Below are positions 57,269-64,000 of a DNA stretch of 64,000 nt, in pieces. Under the pieces are notes generated by a model. The model was not told the DNA's origin, did not search any database, and saw only the letters and a list, made by a program, of their open reading frames with translations. The translations under genes and the position numbers were made by a program. Numbering within the stretch: the stretch's first letter is position 1; every line of letters starts with the position of its first letter. Source of the stretch: a virus (lineage: Duplodnaviria; Heunggongvirae; Uroviricota; Caudoviricetes); the IMG/VR virus record IMGVR_UViG_3300031994_000015, positions 94,276-158,275 of that record; one strand, 5' to 3'.

Positions 57269-58426
57269 ATGAAAAAAATTACATCTATTTTAGAATCAAA
57301 GGCAAAAAAGATTGATGTGAAGGATAGTGTGTGTTTTCTTAAGAAAGCAGATCTTGAGAAATATCTTGACGTAGCTAAGAATTGTTTGTCTGTTGAATCT
57401 AAAGCTATTATTGATTATTTGATTAAGAACAATGATTCTTATATGTCTTTGTCAGAAGATGATGAGAATCCTATTGTTGGATTCTATAATGCTGGTTTAG
57501 CAAATGCTTCAGATAAAGATCTTTGGAAGCTCATTGATGCCGTTGTAAAGAGTGGTCGTATTCTTGAAATTCCTACTCTTCAAAATGAAAAAGAATTTAA
57601 AGATATAATCAATGGTAATTTACCTGCTGATTATGTTATTCTCCAACTTAATACAGAAAAGGGACGTAATGCTGTTCCTAAGCAATATGATAATCTTATT
57701 TATAAAATCATCGGTCAATGGCAAGGTAAGTCTACCTTTGGACAAGATGATTTGAAGAGTATGGCTTATGAAGGTATTGTCTATGCTATGCAAACTTATG
57801 GAAAACGTTCTAAGAAAACTAAAGGTGAAGATGTAACAAAACTTACTTTTGGCCAATATGCTGCTTGGTGTATTCGTAACACTATTCTTGAAAATATCAA
57901 GCAACTTTCACATGTAGTTCGTATTCCAATTTCACAACAACAAAAAGAAAAGGAATCTACTGGTAAGAACACTAAATCAAATGCTGTATCAGGTGACAAA
58001 GTAGTTGGTCATGGTGAAGATGGAAGCAAGACATTATTTGACTTCATGGGAATGACTGATGATACTGGTCGTGGAGTAGATGATGCAGATGTTCGTAAGC
58101 TTTGGGATGAAATCTACAAACTTCTTGATGATGAGTTTGATAAGAAGACTATGGATATTTTCTATGCTTTCAATGGTCTTCGTGATTATGAAGGTAAACC
58201 AGTTCCTAATAAAGAGCTTGCACAAAAATATGGTTGCAAACCATCACAAATCACTTACTATTGCTATCGTGTAAAAGACTTTATGGCAAAAGATAAGCGT
58301 GTTAAAGATCGCCTTATTGAAGTACGTGAATTGATGAATGAATGTCAAGCTGAACGTGATAGAGATGACAATAATGGTCCTATTTATGTTCATGTAACTG
58401 AGAAAAATACATTAGACGAAGATTAA
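57269..58426 (+). CDS. sigma-70-family RNA polymerase sigma factor, tagged (MKKITSILES)
   Basis: DDLKSMAYEGIVYAMQTYG...TFGQYAAWCIRNTILENIKQLSHVVRIPI matches sigma-70 regions 2.1-2.4 (DLIQEG..GL..AV..FD...FSTYA.WWIR..I.R......IR.P). Confidence 0.7.
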   Translation: MKKITSILESKAKKIDVKDSVCFLKKADLEKYLDVAKNCLSVESKAIIDYLIKNNDSYMSLSEDDENPIVGFYNAGLANASDKDLWKLIDAVVKSGRILEIPTLQNEKEFKDIINGNLPADYVILQLNTEKGRNAVPKQYDNLIYKIIGQWQGKSTFGQDDLKSMAYEGIVYAMQTYGKRSKKTKGEDVTKLTFGQYAAWCIRNTILENIKQLSHVVRIPISQQQKEKESTGKNTKSNAVSGDKVVGHGEDGSKTLFDFMGMTDDTGRGVDDADVRKLWDEIYKLLDDEFDKKTMDIFYAFNGLRDYEGKPVPNKELAQKYGCKPSQITYYCYRVKDFMAKDKRVKDRLIEVRELMNECQAERDRDDNNGPIYVHVTEKNTLDED

Positions 58427-58947
58427 TGAAAAGATTAAGAAACTATATAGTTGAGTCGGTAGAGAACTACCGACTTAACTCCGTTATAGCAACATATAAT
58501 GTTCAACCAGAAGAAATAATACTTCAAGCTCCAGAAACTTTCCAAGAATCAGATATTCAACAATATATTGATGATATGTGGTTGAATGCACTTCCATCAG
58601 GACAAGATTATTCAGAAAAATTCTTTGGCAAAAACTTTGAAAACATTAATGATGTACATTTTGAATATGATACATTTGAACATATTGATGTAGAACCAAA
58701 AGACTATATAGAATGGAATTCTAAATATGATGTCAAGAAAACTAAAGATGATGTCAAATTAGATTATTTCAAAATTAAAAATCTTAAATACATTATTGAA
58801 TTTGATAGATTTGATATGGTTGGAGTAACTGATGATAATGTTGAAGAACAACTTATTAAGATTTTCAAAGCCACTGAATCAAATGATGAAAATGAATATC
58901 CTATTGAAATTGTATTTGATGAAAAAAATATAGAATATAGAAAATGA
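58426..58947 (+). CDS. tagged small protein (MKRLRNYIVES), acidic
   Basis: 173-aa ORF; ATGA overlap with the sigma gene. Confidence 0.55.
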   Translation: MKRLRNYIVESVENYRLNSVIATYNVQPEEIILQAPETFQESDIQQYIDDMWLNALPSGQDYSEKFFGKNFENINDVHFEYDTFEHIDVEPKDYIEWNSKYDVKKTKDDVKLDYFKIKNLKYIIEFDRFDMVGVTDDNVEEQLIKIFKATESNDENEYPIEIVFDEKNIEYRK

Positions 58948-59324
58948 AAGATATAGTAACATACATTACCGAATCTAATGCAAATCATACAATATTCAAT
59001 GCTTGTATGGAATTAGATAATAATGAAGATATTTATAAAACCCACTATTGGCCATTGGTCCAAAATCTTGTAAAGAAACATAAATCTGGTGATTTTAATA
59101 TTGAAAAACTTGAAAAATCTCAAGTTGTATCTAAATTAGCTACTGCCACATTAAAATCTGCCAAAGCTGGAAATTTATCTAGAGAAGATAGAAAACGTCT
59201 TTATAAGTTTATCGTTGGTAATCTTCTTAAGTCGATAAGTAATGAAGGTGAAGATTTAACAAAAGAAGAAGAGGATTATATGATTGAATGGGATTATAAT
59301 AACTCTGATAAATGTGGATGGTAA
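58944..59324 (+). CDS. tagged small protein (MKDIVTYITES)
   Basis: 126-aa ORF. Confidence 0.55.
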   Translation: MKDIVTYITESNANHTIFNACMELDNNEDIYKTHYWPLVQNLVKKHKSGDFNIEKLEKSQVVSKLATATLKSAKAGNLSREDRKRLYKFIVGNLLKSISNEGEDLTKEEEDYMIEWDYNNSDKCGW

Positions 59325-59341
59325 AAATATAAGTATAATAT

Positions 59342-59695
59342 ATGAAAGATATAAAGAATTATATTCTTGAAGCAAAAGGTATTCATTCTAAATGGAAAGA
59401 TGTTGCTAAGAAACTTTCTAAAGAAGATAAAGAATGGATTAAGAAATATGCAATTGATGAAAAGAATAATCAAATCTACTCTATGGAAGAGCTTGAGCAA
59501 CGTATGTGGAAAGGAGATTTGAAAGATGAATGGGATTTAATGAATAATTATCTTATTGATCATATTCTTACAAGACAAAATGGTATAACACAAAGAGATG
59601 TAATAAATGAATATAGTCTTGCAAAATCAGGCAAGCAATCTATGATCGAAGTTCTTGCTCAAACTATTTATATGATAAATATGCAATTAGATTGA
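59342..59695 (+). CDS. tagged small protein (MKDIKNYILEA)
   Basis: 117-aa ORF. Confidence 0.55.
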   Translation: MKDIKNYILEAKGIHSKWKDVAKKLSKEDKEWIKKYAIDEKNNQIYSMEELEQRMWKGDLKDEWDLMNNYLIDHILTRQNGITQRDVINEYSLAKSGKQSMIEVLAQTIYMINMQLD

Positions 59696-59699
59696 TAAT

Positions 59700-59987
59700 A
59701 TGAAAGATATAGTATCTAAAATCAATGAAGTTAATAAAGATGGATGGATGGGTTCTGCTTTTTCTAACCATGTAAAATTTTCAAATAATGATTATCTTAA
59801 ATGGAAGAAAGAAATAAAAAATAATAAAAGCATAGTATTTGGAGAACTTAATGGTCATCCTGAACTTGAATTGATTTATTATCTTCCATTTGATAATAAG
59901 AAAATAGAGCATATAGGTACATATAATTCTAAAAAAGAAGAATTATTTACTGATGACACAAAAACATTTGGAAATTTTATAAAATGA
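59700..59987 (+). CDS. tagged small protein (MKDIVSKINEV)
   Basis: 95-aa ORF. Confidence 0.5.
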   Translation: MKDIVSKINEVNKDGWMGSAFSNHVKFSNNDYLKWKKEIKNNKSIVFGELNGHPELELIYYLPFDNKKIEHIGTYNSKKEELFTDDTKTFGNFIK

Positions 59988-60202
59988 AAGATATAACAAA
60001 TTTTATTAATGAAGGGCAATACTCTGAATGGTGGTCAGTAAAATGTAAATCAGAACATCCTACAAAACACCAAACATTTAAGCCAGGTGAAGAATATGAA
60101 GCATCAAAGATTAATGATAACTGGTGGTTAATTGATACAGTTGGAGTTAGTAAAGAAGATTTTAGTAAATGCTTCGATAAAATTAAAAAATTGGAAAAAT
60201 AA
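59984..60202 (+). CDS. tagged small protein (MKDITNFINEG)
   Basis: 72-aa ORF. Confidence 0.5.
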   Translation: MKDITNFINEGQYSEWWSVKCKSEHPTKHQTFKPGEEYEASKINDNWWLIDTVGVSKEDFSKCFDKIKKLEK

Positions 60203-60699
60203 TGAAAAATATTGATAATTTTATATTAGAAAGATTCCAAAGTAATGGAACAAATAAAGATGCATTTTTCTTGCATGCCGGTGGAACTAGACAATCTGAA
60301 GAATTTAAATTTAATGTTGGTGAAAAGGCATTATTGATGGGATATGATACTGATGGTTATCGTATTCAAATTCGTGGTATTGTTGAAATAGCTAAAGTTC
60401 TTAAAAATAGTGTTAAAATTAAAGCAGAAGATGATGATTCTACAGAATTTTATAATAGTTTAAAATTTGATAAGACAGGTATTGCTATGGTAAAGACAAA
60501 TAGTAAATATCGTGGCAAATCAACAAAATATTATGTACTTTATAATAAAGAACTTATTAACGCCCCTAAAGATGGTAAAGATATTCAAGAAATATTAGAT
60601 AAGGGTAATAGTTCTTGGGGATTCCATTTATCTAGTAATGATGAATGGAAGAAAAAAGACATCAAAAATCTTAAAGAATATCTTAAGGAATTAAAATAA
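60202..60699 (+). CDS. tagged small protein (MKNIDNFILER)
   Basis: 165-aa ORF. Confidence 0.55.
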   Translation: MKNIDNFILERFQSNGTNKDAFFLHAGGTRQSEEFKFNVGEKALLMGYDTDGYRIQIRGIVEIAKVLKNSVKIKAEDDDSTEFYNSLKFDKTGIAMVKTNSKYRGKSTKYYVLYNKELINAPKDGKDIQEILDKGNSSWGFHLSSNDEWKKKDIKNLKEYLKELK

Positions 60700-60711
60700 A
60701 ACAAATAATAT

Positions 60712-61065
60712 ATGAAAGATATTACAAAATTTATAAATGAATCAGCCGGTGTAAGAGTTGTAATGCCACCATTTGAATATGCCGTAGTTCTTCAATCATT
60801 AAGAGCATATGCAGAAAATGATGCTTCACAAAAAGAGCAAGCTGATTCTGCTATTGAATTTTTAGAAGATTTTAAAAATATCAAATGGGTAGGTAGAAGG
60901 AAAATTGACCAAGAGTTTAGACTATTATCTGATAAAGTATCTGTAATTTCTCAAGCATTAGAAGCTTATATGGATGATGAAGATCGTAAAAAGAATCAGA
61001 AGAATGGTAGACCAACTGATGACCAATTGAATCAAGTCATAAAGTGGTTTAATGGTTTTTGTTAA
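60712..61065 (+). CDS. tagged small protein (MKDITKFINES)
   Basis: 117-aa ORF. Confidence 0.55.
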   Translation: MKDITKFINESAGVRVVMPPFEYAVVLQSLRAYAENDASQKEQADSAIEFLEDFKNIKWVGRRKIDQEFRLLSDKVSVISQALEAYMDDEDRKKNQKNGRPTDDQLNQVIKWFNGFC

Positions 61066-61081
61066 ATAAACAAATTTAAAA

Positions 61082-61969
61082 ATGTTATCTCTCAATAATT
61101 ATATATTTGAGTCACGAGAAGTTTCAACCACTTCTAATAAGCAACGTCGTAAAGAGCTTGAGAAGTGGTTGAAACATAAAAACTACGAAGATTATGTAGA
61201 TACACTTAATAAAATGTTGGAAGATCCAAAATCAGCAGCTTTATTAGAAGATGGTTTTGGTGGAGATTTAGGAGATACACAACTTAGATTTAGTGTACAA
61301 AAAATTCCAGTATCTCAATTAATGCCAACACAAAAAGAAATAGATTTGGATAAGTCTCTTAAACATGCTTTAACAAATGAAGAATCACTTAAGAAGACTT
61401 TTTCAAATCCTATTGAGATTAATAAACCAATAGTTACTTTTAGAAAGAACTATGTTATAGATGGTCATCACACTTGGTTACAAGCAATAGCTTTGAATCC
61501 AAATGGTAAAATATTAGCATTTAATTATGATGGTGATATTTCTCCAATTCAAATGTTAAAAGCTGTTCAAGGAACAATTGCTGCTGTAAAGGCAGATGAC
61601 AATAATAATAATGGTAAGCTTCCATCAAATAAAGTGGAAGGACCTAATTTCTTTGATGATGACTTTGATAGAAAGAAAATACGCAAATATCTTGAAGATA
61701 CTTTTGATGATAGTTTAATTGATATATATTGTGAATATATTCCTGAATGTAAAGATAGAAATGACATTATGAAGTATCTTGAAGAAAGACTATTAGATAT
61801 AAAGGCAAATAATTATCCATTTGAAGCAGCACCTTCAAGAGATGATATGCCACAAGTTTTTAAGGGAGGTACAGATGCTGATGATAAATCTTCAGCACTT
61901 CCAGATAAAGAAGGTTCAGCAATGAATAAACTTAAAGATGACAAATTTATGAAGTCAGTTACAAAATGA
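61082..61969 (+). CDS. tagged protein (MLSLNNYIFES), 295 aa
   Basis: ORF with the tag variant. Confidence 0.55.
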   Translation: MLSLNNYIFESREVSTTSNKQRRKELEKWLKHKNYEDYVDTLNKMLEDPKSAALLEDGFGGDLGDTQLRFSVQKIPVSQLMPTQKEIDLDKSLKHALTNEESLKKTFSNPIEINKPIVTFRKNYVIDGHHTWLQAIALNPNGKILAFNYDGDISPIQMLKAVQGTIAAVKADDNNNNGKLPSNKVEGPNFFDDDFDRKKIRKYLEDTFDDSLIDIYCEYIPECKDRNDIMKYLEERLLDIKANNYPFEAAPSRDDMPQVFKGGTDADDKSSALPDKEGSAMNKLKDDKFMKSVTK

Positions 61970-62352
61970 AAGACATTAAAGAATATATAATAGAAGCAGT
62001 TGGTGGGGAAATTGAGTTTCAAGGTCAGAAATTCCAATTAAACCAAATTATAAAAGCTAATGTGCATAATGATATATATCAAGCAACTCGTGTAAAAGAG
62101 TTCACTGAAGATATGTGGAAAGACCTTAAGAAACAAGGCTGTACACATTTTATTTGCTTCCCACCTCATTACACAAAACCAGGAAATGAAAAGGTTGATG
62201 AGTTTCAAATAAAGATGTTTATTAAAGGAAAGACATCAGGCTTATTTATGCATAATGAAAGATATGCTTTATATGATGTAAAGACTCATGAATGCATTAA
62301 TAAAGAAATCATGGAAAAGGGTAAAGCTTATAAAGTTATTAGATTTGAATAA
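61966..62352 (+). CDS. tagged small protein (MKDIKEYIIEA)
   Basis: 128-aa ORF. Confidence 0.55.
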   Translation: MKDIKEYIIEAVGGEIEFQGQKFQLNQIIKANVHNDIYQATRVKEFTEDMWKDLKKQGCTHFICFPPHYTKPGNEKVDEFQIKMFIKGKTSGLFMHNERYALYDVKTHECINKEIMEKGKAYKVIRFE

Positions 62353-62353
62353 T

Positions 62354-62602
62354 ATGAAAGACTTAATTAGAACTATAACAGAATCAAAATCTTGTCCTTA
62401 TTGTAACATAAAAGACAAAGAGATTAATTCACTTGATGGCAAATTGTTGCCTAATTGTAGTGGTGATGATGATTTTAGTGTCATATATAAGGATTATGGC
62501 GATCCAAATAGCAAATATCACTTATTAATAAGTACTGGACGTAAAGGTGGAGTATATAGACCTAAATATTGTCCTGAATGTGGTAGAAAATTAGAAGAAT
62601 AA
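62354..62602 (+). CDS. tagged small protein (MKDLIRTITES) with a CxxC...CxxC zinc-ribbon-like arrangement (CPYC...CPEC)
   Basis: Track ORF 62288 trimmed to ATG 62354, right after the upstream stop. Confidence 0.5.
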   Translation: MKDLIRTITESKSCPYCNIKDKEINSLDGKLLPNCSGDDDFSVIYKDYGDPNSKYHLLISTGRKGGVYRPKYCPECGRKLEE

Positions 62603-62625
62603 TTTATAAAAACAATAAGAATTTT

Positions 62626-62871
62626 ATGAAAGATATAATAACAACTATAACTGAAGCAAATAAAGACTTTTCAGATTATAAACCAGAAGTAGCTGATCAA
62701 TTATATGATATTTATTATAATCAAAGATTGAAAAGATTTGTAAATGCTATGATTCATTTTATTGAAGATGGTCATTATGAAAAGACTGGATGGGAATCTG
62801 ATGAATTGAAGAAACTTCTTCCAAAACTTAAGTCATTAAGGCAAGAACCAAAGGGATTTAAATCAAAATAA
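62626..62871 (+). CDS. tagged small protein (MKDIITTITEA)
   Basis: 81-aa ORF. Confidence 0.5.
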   Translation: MKDIITTITEANKDFSDYKPEVADQLYDIYYNQRLKRFVNAMIHFIEDGHYEKTGWESDELKKLLPKLKSLRQEPKGFKSK

Positions 62872-62884
62872 ATTGTATAAGTAT

Positions 62885-63424
62885 ATGAAAGATATTAAAA
62901 CATACATAAATGAAGCAAAGAAACCAGCACCTAAAAAAGAATATCCTATGAAAAAGAAAGAAACTTATGGAGAATTAGGTGAGAAATGGTTTGATAAATG
63001 TAGAAACTTTGCTACAGCTGGAAGTACACAATGGACCAAATATGGCATTAACGACTTTAAAGGATTCTTAGAAGATATGGAAAAGGAATTTGATCCACCT
63101 AAAGATAGTACAATTGCAACAAATCGTTGGGAAATGTGTAAAGCGCTTAAGGATGGAAATTTGAAAGAATTTGTCAAAATCGCTGAAGATAAACATATTG
63201 ATAAGTTTACTTATGGTGCATTTATGTCTGAACATGTGTATGGTTCATATTTCTTAGATACTTATATGCTTCTTAGAACTTATGAATATGTTCTTGATGG
63301 CAATTTAATTATTCGTAATGGTATATTAAATGCAATTTGGAGAATTGATGATACTGATAATTGGTATGATAAATTTATTCCTGAAATACATAAATTAGAA
63401 AAACAAGTTCCTGGACATAAATAA
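62885..63424 (+). CDS. tagged protein (MKDIKTYINEA)
   Basis: Track ORF 62873 trimmed to the ATG that begins the tag. Confidence 0.5.
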   Translation: MKDIKTYINEAKKPAPKKEYPMKKKETYGELGEKWFDKCRNFATAGSTQWTKYGINDFKGFLEDMEKEFDPPKDSTIATNRWEMCKALKDGNLKEFVKIAEDKHIDKFTYGAFMSEHVYGSYFLDTYMLLRTYEYVLDGNLIIRNGILNAIWRIDDTDNWYDKFIPEIHKLEKQVPGHK

Positions 63425-63445
63425 TAAAAATATATTGATAATAAA

Positions 63446-63802
63446 ATGAAAGACATTAAAGAATATATATTAGAATCTCAAGATACTAGTTTTTCTTGCA
63501 ATATTTCACAAGTAGAAAGTGGCAAACGCAATGATGCTTTCTTATTTAAGAAAATTCAAAAATCATTAGAATCTAAAAAAGATACACATATTTCAGTTGA
63601 TTGTGGAAAAGCTGGTGTATGCGAAATTGAATTTACTAATTTCAACAATAATGTCTGCGACATAAGTATGAGATTAAAAGATCTTGGAAAATATATGAAA
63701 TTTTCTAAAGAAGTAGATTCTGAATGGACAGATAATGGTTCTTCGAAAGATTTGTATAATACAATGTTGATAGTATTAAGAAATATACAAAGTAAATTAT
63801 AA
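63446..63802 (+). CDS. tagged small protein (MKDIKEYILES)
   Basis: 118-aa ORF. Confidence 0.55.
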   Translation: MKDIKEYILESQDTSFSCNISQVESGKRNDAFLFKKIQKSLESKKDTHISVDCGKAGVCEIEFTNFNNNVCDISMRLKDLGKYMKFSKEVDSEWTDNGSSKDLYNTMLIVLRNIQSKL

Positions 63803-64000
63803 TGAAAGATATAGTTAGATTTATAAATGAAGCTAAGCAATCAACACCATCTGTAAATTTCGAAGAATTTAAGGATGAAATTGATGCTTTGAATGAAAAG
63901 TTAAAATCTTACACATTTGCAGTATTTGATGATGAAGGTGAACATTTATATGTTCGCGATAAAGATTCAAAGAAATGGTATACAGCATTGCCAGATAAGT
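63802..64000 (+). CDS. tagged small protein (MKDIVRFINEA), partial at the window end
   Basis: ORF starts at the ATGA overlap and runs off the window. Confidence 0.45.
   Translation, partial: MKDIVRFINEAKQSTPSVNFEEFKDEIDALNEKLKSYTFAVFDDEGEHLYVRDKDSKKWYTALPDK

Noticed and set aside
57620-58274. Four short ORFs inside or antisense to the sigma-factor gene
   Set aside because: Shadow ORFs.
58764-63840. Minus-strand ORFs 58764-58988, 59294-59500, 61567-61767, 61813-62037, 62965-63177 and 63556-63840
   Set aside because: Antisense to the tightly packed tagged gene array.
1-64000. Search for tRNA, rRNA and CRISPR arrays
   Set aside because: No GC-rich cloverleaf-like segments were seen in intergenic regions, and no repeat-spacer periodicity was found anywhere. 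The only tandem repeats are the in-frame 36-nt repeat and the 15-nt direct repeat. Absence is by eye only; tRNAscan would settle it.

Overview
The window is AT-rich (roughly 30% GC, eyeball estimate) and reads as a contiguous stretch of a large tailed phage, a myovirus with T4-like virion genes. Genes are tightly packed with recurrent TAATATG stop/start junctions. Recognisable elements follow.

- **Replication gene, partial:** a minus-strand gene running off the 5' edge encodes an archaeo-eukaryotic-type primase domain fused to a DExH superfamily-2 helicase.
- **Plus-strand early/metabolic block (3.2-36.9 kb):** a 2115-aa Asn/Ile/Lys/Tyr-rich giant ORF, a nucleoside-diphosphate kinase, a family-24 lysozyme with a signal peptide, a T4 gp1-like dNMP kinase, an M15 peptidase and a lysozyme/lytic-transglycosylase-like protein. 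It continues with a HAD phosphatase, an NMN-adenylyltransferase-like enzyme, two polymerase-beta-fold nucleotidyltransferases, a T4 Pnk-like polynucleotide kinase, an NfeD-like membrane protein followed by a flotillin (SPFH) gene, and a UDP-glucose 6-dehydrogenase.
- **Structural core (37.1-44.9 kb):** a prohead protease/scaffold-like gene with eight in-frame 36-nt tandem repeats, a T4 gp23-like major capsid protein, a T4 gp18-like tail sheath and a putative tail tube.
- **Minus-strand accessory island (45.4-57.1 kb):** a NADAR-domain protein, two paralogous GT92-like glycosyltransferases, a radical SAM enzyme, a Dam methylase, a MazG-like pyrophosphatase, an SF2 helicase, a SLOG-like protein and a secreted NucA-like nuclease.
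- **Sigma factor and gene array (57.3-64 kb):** a sigma-70-family gene followed by a dense array of small plus-strand genes.

The most striking pattern is that at least 23 otherwise unrelated plus-strand proteins, in two arrays, begin with the same ~11-residue peptide, M-K-[DSN]-[IL]-x-x-[YFW]-I-x-E-[SA]. This closely resembles the T4 internal-protein capsid-targeting sequence (MKTYQEFIAE), which the prohead protease cleaves after I/L-x-E. It suggests a large repertoire of proteins packaged into the head and injected with the DNA.

Other points of interest:
- Highly expressed genes are noticeably GC-richer than their surroundings.
- A motif CTATATTATATA[TA]GTAA-CAAATAA recurs upstream of GC-rich genes and is probably a phage-specific promoter class.
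- Shine-Dalgarno sequences are absent, and TAnnTTTG-like elements hint at a Bacteroidota-type host.

No rRNA, tRNA or CRISPR array was recognised by eye.
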